Assembly: GCA_963729715.1 (NCBI GenBank)
Contig: CAVSPA010000006.1
Location: 128,001 to 192,000, forward strand
Direction of reading: 5' to 3'
Origin: an uncultured delta proteobacterium
Lineage (GTDB): Bacteria > Desulfobacterota > Syntrophia > Syntrophales > UBA2185
DNA: 64,000 nucleotides
The translations under genes were made by a program, and so were the position numbers. A model generated the notes under the pieces. It saw only the letters and a list, made by a program, of their open reading frames with translations. It ran no database searches and was not told the DNA's origin. Shown here piece after piece: positions 40,703 through 51,559 of the stretch (its first letter is position 1; the number at the start of each line of letters is the position of its first letter).

Positions 40703-42121
40703 ATGAGACGGAAGGACGCACAGTATGCAAAGGTTTATCGAGGGAAGGCGCTGATTGCCGATCCCATATACCAGTATGCCTCTTTTACTGTGCCGACAAC
40801 TGATTTTCCGGACGAGAAAACGGAAAAGGACCTGATCGATTCTCCCTGGGTTCAAAGATTGCGGAGAATTTACCAGCTCCAGAGTGCCCGCTGGGTGTAT
40901 CCGGCCGCAGAGCACAGTCGATTCCAGCATTCCCTCGGGACCATGCACGTGGCGGGCGAGTTCGGAAGATATCTTTATCCCAGCCTGAAAGAGGTGTGCA
41001 GGGATGCCCCTTCATTGAACTATGTTGAGGAGGTTCTCCGCGTTGCGGGACTTCTGCATGATGTGGGGCATGGCCCGTACGGGCATTTTTTCGATGACCA
41101 CTTTCTCAGCCAGTATGACATTACCCATGAGGATCTGGGAAAAGCGATTATCACGAAAAGGTTGGGGAAGATCATCCGTCAAATCCGAAGAAGCCCTAAC
41201 GGTCCCTTTGCCGGTGGTGAATGCCTCGACCCAAATCACGTGGCAATTCTGATTAAAATGCCGGAGGGGGATGAAACTGGGGTGCCGCGGTGGCTGCAGC
41301 TTCTGAGGCAGCTCTTTTCAGGCATTTACACCGTGGATAATCTCGACTATGTGCAGAGAGACGCCTACATGACGGGGTTCTCCCTCGATATTGTGGATAT
41401 TACGAGACTTCGCTTTTATACTTTCTTTACGAAAGACGGCTTCACCCTGCATCAGGCAGGCATCTCGGCCCTGAGTCGCTTCATAAATGCAAGATTGAAT
41501 CTCTATACAAATGTCTATTTCCATAGGACGACGAGAGCTCTTGATCTTCATCTGCAGGAGATATTCAGGGAAACGATGCGCATAATCTTTCCATGGAATC
41601 CATTGGAGGCGCTTGACGAGTATCTGAATTGCGATGAATGGCATTTGTACTATATAGTTTTGGGCTGGCTCGGGGAAAAGGACCGGAAGAAACAGAGACT
41701 GAGTCAGGAATGGACAAAGCTTTACAGCAGGGAAGTGAAATGGAAGATGTCTTTTTCAACAGAGATATCCATCGACCAGATTCAAAGGGGGACGAGATTC
41801 GCCCATGCAGGCGACTATGAAAAGCAACTCAGGAGTTTTCTTCCTGAAAAACTGAAAGGCATTCCATTTCGCGTCGATTTGGCAACACAGGACCCACGCC
41901 CCATAAACCCCATGGCAGAGACGGAAAAAAGGGTTAATATCTTCAACCCGACCACGGGTACAACGTCCCCGGAGCCATTGAGAGACATCTACCGCTTTAT
42001 ACCGGCGCGTGTCGTTCATCTGCGCGTCTTTGCACTTTCCCACGATAATGATGCAGCGATTTCCAAGGCCGCTGAAAAGATGCTTAGCGCCTTGGAGGGA
42101 ACTGCAAAGACTAATGTATGA
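40703..42121 (+). CDS. HD-superfamily dNTP triphosphohydrolase-like protein (COG1078 type)
   Basis: QRLRRIYQL...HSRFQHSLG, LHDVGHGPYGH, DNLDY, VYFH. Confidence 0.88.
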   Translation: MRRKDAQYAKVYRGKALIADPIYQYASFTVPTTDFPDEKTEKDLIDSPWVQRLRRIYQLQSARWVYPAAEHSRFQHSLGTMHVAGEFGRYLYPSLKEVCRDAPSLNYVEEVLRVAGLLHDVGHGPYGHFFDDHFLSQYDITHEDLGKAIITKRLGKIIRQIRRSPNGPFAGGECLDPNHVAILIKMPEGDETGVPRWLQLLRQLFSGIYTVDNLDYVQRDAYMTGFSLDIVDITRLRFYTFFTKDGFTLHQAGISALSRFINARLNLYTNVYFHRTTRALDLHLQEIFRETMRIIFPWNPLEALDEYLNCDEWHLYYIVLGWLGEKDRKKQRLSQEWTKLYSREVKWKMSFSTEISIDQIQRGTRFAHAGDYEKQLRSFLPEKLKGIPFRVDLATQDPRPINPMAETEKRVNIFNPTTGTTSPEPLRDIYRFIPARVVHLRVFALSHDNDAAISKAAEKMLSALEGTAKTNV

Positions 42122-42240
42122 CCCGATCATCGGAAATATTTTTTGTCTATAGTGTTGAACACTATATGTCTTTTATCCCCCTACGCATTGCTTAGGGAAA
42201 ACTCCGGGGAAAAATTATGACAAATTTAAGGTAATCGCGG

Positions 42241-44307
42241 ATGGCAAATGACGAGACCACAGATATAACCCTGTTCGTGAAGACATCCGGCGAGGATATT
42301 GCCAGATGGAACCGGCAGAAAATTGTTGATGCCCTGATCCGTGAAACGAACGTCAATGTAGATACGGCAGAGGCAATCAGCAGAGAAGTTGAAAAACAGA
42401 TCATTTCATCCGGTATCGGTGTACTGACTACGCCCCTCATCAGGGAACTGGTGGACGCAAAACTAATCGAGAGGGGCCTTGAACAGGCAAGAAAGATGCA
42501 CGCCCTGCTGGGATTTCCCATTTATGATGTACGGCAGTTGATCCTTCTTCAGAATAAGGAAAACGCCAACATACCTCACAGTCCGGAAGGCACGAATCTG
42601 ATACTTGCGGAAGGAATAAAGAAAGAATACTCACTCTATGAGGTCTTTTCTCGGGAAGTCGCAGATGCGCATGTTATGGGCGATATCCACCTTCATTCTC
42701 TGGGATACATAGACAGGCCGTACAGTTCATTTCAGTCTCTTGAATATATAAAGAAATTCGGTTTGAACCTTCCCCACTCCCTAACAGTTGCCAAACCGGC
42801 CAAACATGCGGAGGTACTCCTCGCCCATATGGTCAGATTCGGCGCCATTCTGCAGGGGCATTTTGCCGGAGTCATCGGCTGGGATGCCGTTAATTTCTCT
42901 TTTGCACCCTATCTGGCAGAGATGAGCGAAAAGGAAGTCAGGCAATTCGCCCAGATGCTCATTTATGAATTCTCCCAATTGACATCGGCTAGGGGCGGGC
43001 AGGCCATGTTTACTGACATTCACCTCTACTGGGATGTTCCGGAACATCTTCGGGATGTTCCGATTATCGGCCCGGGAGGAGAATTGACGGGGAGTAATTA
43101 CGAAGATTTCGCCGCTGATGCAAGGAGATTTGCTTGGGCCATTTTCGAAGTCTTTATAAAAGGGGACGGTACGGGCAAGCCTTTCATATTTCCCAGGCCA
43201 CTCGTTCATATTACCGGGAATTTTTTTCAAACGCCGGGTCATGAAGACTTTCTCAATCTCATCTGCCGCGTTGCCGTTGACAAGGGAAATACATGCTTCC
43301 TTTTCGATCGCGAGGAGATGATTAAGGCTTATTCGTGCGGTTTTCCGGCCACCGCTGAAAAGGGTAATGTGTCTGCCGAGGCGAAGATGCCCTGGCGGAT
43401 GAGATGTCCGGTCTTACAGAACGTGACACTGAACCTTCCCAGGCTGGGTTACAAAGTCGAGGGGGATGAGAAAAGATTATTGTCTATGCTCTCCGATCTT
43501 ATGGAAGTGGCAGCAAAAGCCCACGTAGAGAAGAAGGATTTTATTGAGAAGCTACTCTCCCACGGTGACGAAGGACCGCTGTCCGTGCTCGCGATGAAGA
43601 GAGATGGCTATCCGTATCTGAGGATGGATCATGCATGCTTCCTCATCGGCACTGTGGGACTCAACGAACTTGTCCGGATTCATACGGGAAGCCAGTTGCA
43701 TGAATCGGAAGATGCCCTGATGTTTGGTTTGAAACTGATCGCCCATATGAAGGATGAGACCGAAAAACTGAGCCGGAAATATGGCTTGAATTTTATCTTG
43801 GAACAGACGCCTGCGGAAACCACAGCCTACCGTTTTGCACGGCTCGATCTGCGATACTATTCTCCGAAGGCGGGTCATTTTGTGCAGGGTGATATTTCGA
43901 AGGGAGAGGTCTACTATACAAATTCAACCCATCTTAGCCCATCAGCCACTGTGGATCCAATAGAACGTGTAAGACAGGAAGGCCGCTTTCATCCTTTGAC
44001 AAAGGGAGGAGGCGTTACCCAGGTGTGGCTCGGCGATGTTCGACCTTCGAGTGAGGAAATCGTCGGGTTTATCACCAAGGCATTTACGGATACTGAGAAC
44101 GATCAGCTTCTGTTCTGTCCTGAATTTACCACCTGTAGAGAATGCGGCCAGACATTCAGGCGCCTAAAAGATGAGTGTCAATTCTGCGGCTCGAAGGATG
44201 TGGAAGGGATAGCGAGGATTACCCAGTATTTCAGCAGGATATCCGGCTGGAATAGAGGTAAACTGGCTGAACTCAGGGACAGGAAGAGATACGAGGAAAT
44301 CAGTTGA
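42241..44307 (+). CDS. nrdD: Anaerobic (class III) ribonucleotide reductase NrdD homolog with atypical catalytic residues
   Basis: ATP cone, GDIHLH, TLNLPR, EQTPAETTAYRFA, YYTNSTH, CxxC...CxxC; RITQY where RITGY is expected. Confidence 0.85.
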   Translation: MANDETTDITLFVKTSGEDIARWNRQKIVDALIRETNVNVDTAEAISREVEKQIISSGIGVLTTPLIRELVDAKLIERGLEQARKMHALLGFPIYDVRQLILLQNKENANIPHSPEGTNLILAEGIKKEYSLYEVFSREVADAHVMGDIHLHSLGYIDRPYSSFQSLEYIKKFGLNLPHSLTVAKPAKHAEVLLAHMVRFGAILQGHFAGVIGWDAVNFSFAPYLAEMSEKEVRQFAQMLIYEFSQLTSARGGQAMFTDIHLYWDVPEHLRDVPIIGPGGELTGSNYEDFAADARRFAWAIFEVFIKGDGTGKPFIFPRPLVHITGNFFQTPGHEDFLNLICRVAVDKGNTCFLFDREEMIKAYSCGFPATAEKGNVSAEAKMPWRMRCPVLQNVTLNLPRLGYKVEGDEKRLLSMLSDLMEVAAKAHVEKKDFIEKLLSHGDEGPLSVLAMKRDGYPYLRMDHACFLIGTVGLNELVRIHTGSQLHESEDALMFGLKLIAHMKDETEKLSRKYGLNFILEQTPAETTAYRFARLDLRYYSPKAGHFVQGDISKGEVYYTNSTHLSPSATVDPIERVRQEGRFHPLTKGGGVTQVWLGDVRPSSEEIVGFITKAFTDTENDQLLFCPEFTTCRECGQTFRRLKDECQFCGSKDVEGIARITQYFSRISGWNRGKLAELRDRKRYEEIS

Positions 44308-44508
44308 CTCCGCATACGTCTAAGTATGCCTCATACCGTATGATTTGCACACCCTAGAACTCGCGTTTTCTACGCGGCCGTCTGTTTGTCAATCCTGCAA
44401 AAGATTTTTTTCGTATATCATTAATGCCCTGCCCTTGACATGGGATAGGCCGATAAATATATTACGCACAGAATTTGGCCATTTTAAACGCAAGACCGCA
44501 TAGTTGAC

Positions 44509-45093
44509 ATGGAAGATCATATAGTAAAGATATTCAAGGAAAGCAGTAATCTGACGGATGTTTTCGTCGCAGAAAATCTTGATGGTATTGTCAGTGTCAT
44601 TGAGGCAATTACGGCGGCATTGAAAGCAGGAAACAAAATACTGCTGTTTGGGAACGGTGGCTCCGCCGCTGATGCCCAGCATCTGGCAGCAGAATTTGTG
44701 AACCGCTTCGTTATAGAACGTCCGCCGCTTCCGGCAATTGCCTTGAGCACCGATACATCCGTGATTACGAGCATCGCTAACGATTATGACTTCTCTGAGA
44801 TATTCAGCAAGCAGATCAGGGCGATAGGCCAGACAGGCGACGTGGCGTGGGGCATAAGCACCAGCGGTGCCTCTCCAAACATCATAAAAGCCATTGAAGC
44901 AGCAAAGAAGATAGGGATGATCACAGTAGGCATGACGGGGAAGGACGGGGGCGACATAGCCAAGATGGTGGACTATTCACTCAATGTTTCCTCTAACAGC
45001 ACACCGCGCGTGCAGGAGGTCCACATTACCGTGGGCCATGTGATATGCGAGATGATTGACTATAAGCTCTTTCAGAGGCCGGATGCGAAATAA
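44509..45093 (+). CDS. gmhA: Phosphoheptose isomerase
   Basis: GNGGSAADAQH, ISTSG, RVQEVH. Confidence 0.95.
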   Translation: MEDHIVKIFKESSNLTDVFVAENLDGIVSVIEAITAALKAGNKILLFGNGGSAADAQHLAAEFVNRFVIERPPLPAIALSTDTSVITSIANDYDFSEIFSKQIRAIGQTGDVAWGISTSGASPNIIKAIEAAKKIGMITVGMTGKDGGDIAKMVDYSLNVSSNSTPRVQEVHITVGHVICEMIDYKLFQRPDAK

Positions 45094-45130
45094 AGGCGGC
45101 GACGCCGCCTCGGGCATAAGACGATCTGAA

Positions 45131-45721
45131 ATGATGAATCGACACCATATGAGCCATAAAATAAAAAAGGAAGTTACAAAAGAAACACCGGATGTTCTGG
45201 AAAAAGAAGGGGAAGAGCAACAAATCTCCGGTGATGAGGATATAATGTTAAAGCTTCAGGAAAAGGAAAAGGAGGCAGCCGACAACTACGACAAATATGT
45301 GCGTGCGGTTGCGGAACTTGAAAATTACAGAAAACGCGCAGCAAGGGAGAAGGCTGATTCGATTAAATATGGCAATGAAAATATCATTAAGGATATCTTG
45401 CCCCTGGTAGACAGCATGGACAGGGCATTACAGCATGCTGACAGCTATGGCTATTCCGATTCATTTAAGAAGGGATTAAAGCTCCTCCAGGATCAGCTCC
45501 TGGGTTGCCTCGGAAAACACGGCGTGCAGCAAATCGAGTGTGTTGATAAAACTTTTGATCCAAACATCCATGAAGCCGTATTTCAAGTTGATACCGGCAC
45601 CCATGAGGATAACAAAGTCGTTGAGGAACTGGAAAAGGGGTATCGTCTGCATGAGAGGCTGTTGAGGCCGGCCAAAGTGTCTATTTTTAAACTACCGAAG
45701 AAAGAAGATAGCAAGGAATAA
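45131..45721 (+). CDS. grpE: Nucleotide exchange factor GrpE (start uncertain)
   Basis: AELENYRKR, FDPNIHEA, KGY.L.ERLLRPAKV. Confidence 0.95.
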   Translation: MMNRHHMSHKIKKEVTKETPDVLEKEGEEQQISGDEDIMLKLQEKEKEAADNYDKYVRAVAELENYRKRAAREKADSIKYGNENIIKDILPLVDSMDRALQHADSYGYSDSFKKGLKLLQDQLLGCLGKHGVQQIECVDKTFDPNIHEAVFQVDTGTHEDNKVVEELEKGYRLHERLLRPAKVSIFKLPKKEDSKE

Positions 45722-45760
45722 ATAAAAGGGGAAACCAGATATTAAGGAGGATTGTTAGAG

Positions 45761-47686
45761 ATGGGTAAGATTATAGGGATTGATTTAGGGACGACAAATT
45801 CATGTGTAGCAATTATGGAAGGAGGAGATCCCGTTGTAATAGCAAATCAGGAAGGAAGCAGGACCACGCCTTCCATGGTGGCGTTTACAGATAGTGGTGA
45901 GAGGCTGGTCGGTCAAGTTGCCAAGCGACAGGCCGTAACCAATCCGGAAAATACCGTTTATGCCATAAAGAGGCTCATAGGGAGGAAGTTTTCCTCCAAA
46001 GAGGTTCAGTACGATAAATCGGTATGTCCTTACAGGATTACGGAGGCGCCCAACGGTGATGCCCAAGTGACCATAAAAGGACGGAATTACAGCCCGGCGG
46101 AAATATCAGCTTTTATTCTTATGAAGATGAAACAGACAGCGGAGGATTACCTTGGAGAGAAAGTAACCGATGCGGTTATTACGGTGCCCGCGTACTTCAA
46201 TGACTCTCAGAGGCAGGCTACGAAAGATGCAGGAAGAGTTGCCGGATTGAATGTGCTCAGAATCATCAATGAACCGACGGCAGCAGCCCTTGCATACGGT
46301 CTTGATAAGAAAAAAGATGAAAAGATTGCCGTGTTCGACCTTGGCGGCGGGACGTTTGATATTTCCATCCTCGAGCTAGGAGACGGCGTTTTTGAAGTCA
46401 AGTCGACGAACGGAGATACCCATTTAGGTGGTGAAGACTTTGACCAGCGACTAATGGAATATATTGCCGTGGAATTCAAGAATGATTACGGTATTGATCT
46501 GCGTAATGACAGGATGGCCCTCCAGAGGATTAAGGAGGCGGCAGAAAAGGCGAAAATGGAACTTTCCACCGTTATGGAAACAGATATAAACCTTCCATTT
46601 ATAACTGCCGATGCGTCAGGGCCTAAACATTTGACGATGAAATTGACGAGAGCCAAGCTGGAATCTCTGATTGAGGACCTGATCGAAAAAACAGTAGGAC
46701 CCTGCAGAACCGCGCTTAAGGACGCAAACCTGACGGCAAAAGACATCAATGAGGTTATTCTCGTTGGCGGTATGACCCGTATGCCCAGGGTTCAGCAGAA
46801 GGTTAAAGAGATATTTGAGAAGGAACCCCACAAAGGGGTGAACCCTGATGAAGTGGTGGCAGTCGGCGCTGCTATCCAGGCGGGCGTCCTGGCAGGTGAT
46901 GTTAAAGATGTCCTCCTTTTGGATGTGACACCCCTGTCTCTCGGAATTGAGACCCTCGGTGGCGTGATGACGAGGCTGATCGAGAAGAATACCACCATTC
47001 CAACCCGGAAGAGCCAGATCTTTTCTACAGCTGCGGATAATCAGCCTGCCGTTAGCATTCACGTCCTGCAAGGTGAGAGGTCCATGGCGGCTGACAGCAG
47101 AACCCTGGGAAGATTTGAACTGGTAGGAATACCGCCCGCGCCGAGAGGTATGCCTCAGATTGAGGTGACCTTCGATATCGACGCCAACGGGATAGTTCAT
47201 GTATCGGCAAAAGACCTTGGGACAGGCAAAGAGCAGAGCATCAAGATTACTGCATCGAGCGGTTTGACTGAAGCAGAGATACAGAAACTGGTGAGAGAAG
47301 CGGAGGCTCATGGAGAGGAAGATAAGAAAAAGAAGGAGCTTATCGAGGCCAGAAATCAGGCGGATTCCATGGCATACAGCGCAGAGAAGAATGTCAAAGA
47401 ATTCGGGGATAAGATTGATGCCACAGAAAAGGCACGTATCGAAGATGCCATTGCCAGAGTAAGGAAGGTCATCGAAGGGGATGACATTAACGCCATCAAG
47501 AGCGCCCAGGAAGAACTGACGAACGCATCACATAAGCTTGCTGAGGCCATGTATGCAAAGGCTTCAGCCTCACAGGCAGGCGCTGGCGCAGGTCCAGGGG
47601 CGCACGGAGGGCCCGCCGGTGAACAGCCGGGCGCGAGCAAGAAGGATGAGGATGTGGTTGACGCTGACTTTGAAGACGTGAAATAA
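45761..47686 (+). CDS. dnaK: Chaperone DnaK
   Basis: [26 protein letters not shown]. Confidence 0.98.
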   Translation: MGKIIGIDLGTTNSCVAIMEGGDPVVIANQEGSRTTPSMVAFTDSGERLVGQVAKRQAVTNPENTVYAIKRLIGRKFSSKEVQYDKSVCPYRITEAPNGDAQVTIKGRNYSPAEISAFILMKMKQTAEDYLGEKVTDAVITVPAYFNDSQRQATKDAGRVAGLNVLRIINEPTAAALAYGLDKKKDEKIAVFDLGGGTFDISILELGDGVFEVKSTNGDTHLGGEDFDQRLMEYIAVEFKNDYGIDLRNDRMALQRIKEAAEKAKMELSTVMETDINLPFITADASGPKHLTMKLTRAKLESLIEDLIEKTVGPCRTALKDANLTAKDINEVILVGGMTRMPRVQQKVKEIFEKEPHKGVNPDEVVAVGAAIQAGVLAGDVKDVLLLDVTPLSLGIETLGGVMTRLIEKNTTIPTRKSQIFSTAADNQPAVSIHVLQGERSMAADSRTLGRFELVGIPPAPRGMPQIEVTFDIDANGIVHVSAKDLGTGKEQSIKITASSGLTEAEIQKLVREAEAHGEEDKKKKELIEARNQADSMAYSAEKNVKEFGDKIDATEKARIEDAIARVRKVIEGDDINAIKSAQEELTNASHKLAEAMYAKASASQAGAGAGPGAHGGPAGEQPGASKKDEDVVDADFEDVK

Positions 47687-47701
47687 TTACTGTGGTTCTC
47701 C

Positions 47702-47742
47702 ATGCCCGGGATTCATCACTGTGGATTCCCGGGCATTTTTTT
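47702..47742 (+). terminator. Intrinsic terminator after dnaK
   Basis: ATGCCCGGGA...TCCCGGGCAT followed by a T run. Confidence 0.8.
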
Positions 47743-47831
47743 GTGCATTTTTTTGTCGACGGACGATCTCCTTTCATATAAAATATACTGAGCGAGCGGA
47801 TACTTGAGCCTCAAATTCTCGTGGTGACTAT

Positions 47832-49055
47832 ATGGGAGAAAAAAAACATTTTAAAAGATGGTTGATTTTGTCTCTCGTCCTGATGCCCTTTCTTTGGGAT
47901 GTCCTCGCAGTGTTTCCCGCAGGGGCAGGAGCAAAGGGTTCTGTTGTTTCTATACCGGTTGACCGTTACGCGATCGGCTGTGTCCTGCCGCTATCGGGGC
48001 GAAACGCGGCCGCCGGGAACAGGGCTCTGGATGCCATTGTTCTAGCATCCGGTCTATTCGATCCCATAGCCAAGACACCGATCAAGCTTATCATAGAAGA
48101 TTCGCAAAGTCAGCCGGAAACAGCTAGGGCCGCCGTAGCAAAACTGGCTATCCAGGAAGGCGTGATCTGTATTCTCGGTCCCCTCGGCGCTGATGAGTCT
48201 CTGTATGCCGCCAGAGAGGCTCAGAGGTTGAAAGTCCCTATAATAACCCTCACCCTGAGAGAGGGGATTATCGATGCAGGAAATTACGTCTTCCGTTCGT
48301 ATCTAACTAATCGCGTGCAGATCGTTTCACTGGTTCAATATGCAATCCAGAAAATGGGCTTGGCCAGATTTGCGGTGCTTTACCCGGAAGATGATTACGG
48401 CCGCGAGATGGAAAAACTGTTCCGGGAAGAGATTCTGCGGAGGAAAGGAGAAATCCTGAAGGTCACTTCTTACCAGACGACCGAGACGGATTTTGCAGAC
48501 GAGATCAAATCAATAAGCGATTTAAATAAGAACCCGCCGGCTGCTAAAGAAGGCGAAGGCCCAAGAGACGGGAACAAGCCTGACCTCGGTTTTGACGCTC
48601 TTTTTATTCCAGATTCCCCTGGTCGGATAAGCATGATCGTTCCCCAATTGGCTTTTCATGATGTCAAGGGCATTAGACTGCTTGGCACAAGTGACTGGGA
48701 TGCGCCGGAAATTTTGAAGGCAGGCAGCGAATTACTGGAAGGAGCCATTTTCGTAAACGCCTTTTCTCCAAACAGCTTTTATCCCGAGGTGAATGACTTC
48801 ACCGACATTTACTATACCAACTACAGCCGGGAACCGGACGCTTTGGAGGCGCTCGCCTACGATGCGGCCGGCATCATCGTAAAAATTCTCAGGGAGGACG
48901 GCGTCAAGACGAGAGATCAATTCAGAAAGAGCCTGCTCGATGTGAGGGATTACCGTGGCGTGACGGGTAGAACGTCATTTTCAGGGATGCGAGACGCCCG
49001 GAAAGAAGTTTTTGTCTTGACGATAAAGGATGGTCAGATCGTCCAGATCAAATAG
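47832..49055 (+). CDS. LppC/LpoA-like periplasmic binding-fold protein
   Basis: IGCVLPLSG, ILGPLG, FDALFIPD, ALAYDAA, GVTGRTSF. Confidence 0.75.
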   Translation: MGEKKHFKRWLILSLVLMPFLWDVLAVFPAGAGAKGSVVSIPVDRYAIGCVLPLSGRNAAAGNRALDAIVLASGLFDPIAKTPIKLIIEDSQSQPETARAAVAKLAIQEGVICILGPLGADESLYAAREAQRLKVPIITLTLREGIIDAGNYVFRSYLTNRVQIVSLVQYAIQKMGLARFAVLYPEDDYGREMEKLFREEILRRKGEILKVTSYQTTETDFADEIKSISDLNKNPPAAKEGEGPRDGNKPDLGFDALFIPDSPGRISMIVPQLAFHDVKGIRLLGTSDWDAPEILKAGSELLEGAIFVNAFSPNSFYPEVNDFTDIYYTNYSREPDALEALAYDAAGIIVKILREDGVKTRDQFRKSLLDVRDYRGVTGRTSFSGMRDARKEVFVLTIKDGQIVQIK

Positions 49056-49071
49056 GTGTGGGAGAAGTTTT

Positions 49072-49836
49072 ATGAGGTTTCTTCTTACAAATGATGACGG
49101 CATATATGCAAGGGGACTGGGCGCCCTCTATCAGGAGCTCTCCAAGGACGCAGATTGTCTCATCGTCGCGCCGGAGGTTGAACAGAGCGCGGTGGGACAT
49201 GCGATCACGCTTTTCCGGCCCCTCATGGTACGGGCCGTAAAAAAAGAAGGAAGCTTTGTCGGATACGCCGTGAAAGGGACGCCGGCGGATTGTGTCAAGA
49301 TCGGGATTAGGGAATTATCAGACAAACCAGTTGACCTAGTCGTGTCGGGGATCAATTTGGGCGCTAATGTGGGGACCAATGTGATCTATTCGGGGACCGT
49401 TTCAGCGGCGACCGAGGGGATCATCATGGGAATTCCGTCCATGGCGATTTCTTTGGACACTCATAGAAATGCCGATTTTTCATTCGCCGCCCGATTTGCC
49501 CGAAAGATTGCGGCATTCATGCTGAAAGACAATCCCATAAAAGACTTCGCCATGAACATAAATATCCCGGCTGTTCCCGAAGAGGAGATCAAAGGGGTTA
49601 TTGTGGCAAAGCAGGGCAGGGCACGGCTCATAGAGAGTTTTGAAAAAAGGATGGATCCAAGAGACAACATCTATTACTGGCTTGCCGGGGAAACCAAGCT
49701 CTCCGATGGAGAGGAAGTGGACTCCGATGCCTGCGCACTTCGCCACCACATGATTTCCATAACACCTATCTATTATGATTTGACCCGGCACGACGTCCTG
49801 GCTGAGCTGAGCGAGAAAATCAGACAGAAGTTTTGA
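49072..49836 (+). CDS. surE: 5'/3'-nucleotidase SurE
   Basis: LLTNDDG, GTPADCV, SGINLGAN, YSGTVSAA. Confidence 0.96.
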   Translation: MRFLLTNDDGIYARGLGALYQELSKDADCLIVAPEVEQSAVGHAITLFRPLMVRAVKKEGSFVGYAVKGTPADCVKIGIRELSDKPVDLVVSGINLGANVGTNVIYSGTVSAATEGIIMGIPSMAISLDTHRNADFSFAARFARKIAAFMLKDNPIKDFAMNINIPAVPEEEIKGVIVAKQGRARLIESFEKRMDPRDNIYYWLAGETKLSDGEEVDSDACALRHHMISITPIYYDLTRHDVLAELSEKIRQKF

Positions 49837-49887
49837 TTGTCAGAACGCATGTGAGATGCATTAGCGTCGCCGCAAAACGCTTGCCGG

Positions 49888-50730
49888 TTATCGCGTGAGC
49901 AAGACGGGGATTGTGCTCTTGCGGATGACAGTTGAAGTGGTGCTGCCGAGAATCAGTTCCCTCAGCATGTTGTGGCCGTAGGCCCCCATGACCATTAATT
50001 CAACGGAACCTTCCTTGATGAACTTGATAATTTCACGGTCTTCCTTGCCTCTGAGAATGACGATGGCGCTGTCAATCTTCAAAGGTTCGAGAAAGTCCTC
50101 TACTTTTTTTGAAAGGCTTGCCCCCAGCTCATGATTATCCGTGATGATAATGACAGTGAGAGGCCAGGCGGTCTGCTCGGATAATTCTGCCGCAAGCTTT
50201 AAGGCCTTGTCTGCCGGCGCGCTACTGTCGTATGCGAGCCCCACGCTCTCGATTTCCTGGAAGACTGCGGGTGTCACCATGACCGGCTTTCCTGAATTTC
50301 GCACGACTGATTCCGCAACAGAGCCCAGTATGCTGCCTCCGCTCGAATGGAAATGTTCGCCTCTCTGGGATATGAGTATCCAGTCGGCGTTACCGCCCTC
50401 TTCAATAATCATTTGATCGATGACGCCCATGGCTTTCTTTATCTCAGGATGCAATCCTGCCTGTTCACACCTTGTTTTGAAGGCCTGCAAAACAATTTCC
50501 GCCCTTTCATCAAAACCGCCCTGCAATACCGGAAGAAATTCCTGGTAAGGCGGAAGGCCGACAGAACCTGAAATATCTGTAAATACCGGCCCCTGCAGCA
50601 ACCTGATATCAACCACATGGAGACCGATCAATTGCGCATTAAGGCGCGTGGCTATATATATGCCGTATTCGATGGCGGTCTTGCCGTAATCGGAACCATC
50701 AGTCGGGATCAGGATCTTTTTTGCGATCAT
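49888..50730 (-). CDS. Tandem-domain universal stress protein
   Basis: ILIPTDGS, LGSVAESVVR, MGAYGH...LGSTT. Confidence 0.9.
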   Translation of the reverse strand: MIAKKILIPTDGSDYGKTAIEYGIYIATRLNAQLIGLHVVDIRLLQGPVFTDISGSVGLPPYQEFLPVLQGGFDERAEIVLQAFKTRCEQAGLHPEIKKAMGVIDQMIIEEGGNADWILISQRGEHFHSSGGSILGSVAESVVRNSGKPVMVTPAVFQEIESVGLAYDSSAPADKALKLAAELSEQTAWPLTVIIITDNHELGASLSKKVEDFLEPLKIDSAIVILRGKEDREIIKFIKEGSVELMVMGAYGHNMLRELILGSTTSTVIRKSTIPVLLTR

Positions 50731-51422
50731 TTACCCTTCTGCTCCTTTTCGAAGTTTGCCAGGTTCCTGAAGAGATCATCGACCATCTTTCCCTTCTCTC
50801 TCAAGTTGTCCTCTTCCGCGAATGTAGATGGTTCTTTTTCCTGGCCGTTTTCCCGATTTACCGGATCGTCTATGTCGAAAGACAGAAACTTTCCTTCCAG
50901 CTTCCCGTTCCTGAATGTTGACTTCTCCTTAGTCCTGCCGTTTTTATAGTAGGCTATATACGCCCCGTCCCGTTTGTCGTTTACAAAGCTGCCCTTTTCT
51001 TTGACCTGACCATTCTTGTAATAACATATGTAATCGCCGTCCAGCTTGCCGTCTTTAAAATTTTCTATTTCTCGCGTCTGGCCTGTTGTAAAAAAAAGTG
51101 TATATCTTCCGTCCAGCTTGCCGTCTTTGTAGTTCTCCCTCTCTCTTACCTGGCCGTTCTCATGATAAGAGACATATTCTCCATGCAGCTTATCATTCTT
51201 GAATGTACATTTTTCCCTGATCTGACCATCCCTGTGATAGGAAACAGCATCCCCATCTCTTCTGCCGTTACGAAAGTACAGATGGGCCATGACCTTCCCG
51301 TTGCCATAATAGGAGGTGTACTCACCTTCCAATTTTCCATTGAGGGTGAACGTCTTCTCCCTTATCTGGCCTTTTTCATCGGAGGATACTTCTTCCTTGA
51401 TTTCATCCTTGGAAGACAACAT
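50727..51422 (-). CDS. MORN-variant (YwqK-like) repeat protein
   Basis: About seven 24-aa repeats of Y..NGQ.....FK.GK..G. Confidence 0.85.
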   Translation of the reverse strand: MLSSKDEIKEEVSSDEKGQIREKTFTLNGKLEGEYTSYYGNGKVMAHLYFRNGRRDGDAVSYHRDGQIREKCTFKNDKLHGEYVSYHENGQVRERENYKDGKLDGRYTLFFTTGQTREIENFKDGKLDGDYICYYKNGQVKEKGSFVNDKRDGAYIAYYKNGRTKEKSTFRNGKLEGKFLSFDIDDPVNRENGQEKEPSTFAEEDNLREKGKMVDDLFRNLANFEKEQKGK

Positions 51423-51559
51423 GTGCAGTCCTTATGTGAGAGAATAGTTATCTTCTCTTGCAGTTCTGATGCTGTTATCTGCTACCTTAATGTCTTGACG
51501 GTCTTTCTGTCAAGGACACTTATGTCCGCGTCCCTTATTTTTCCCTCGTGTCAGATATC

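Noticed and set aside
50860..51360. 72-nt periodic repeats
   Set aside because: Coding MORN-variant repeats.
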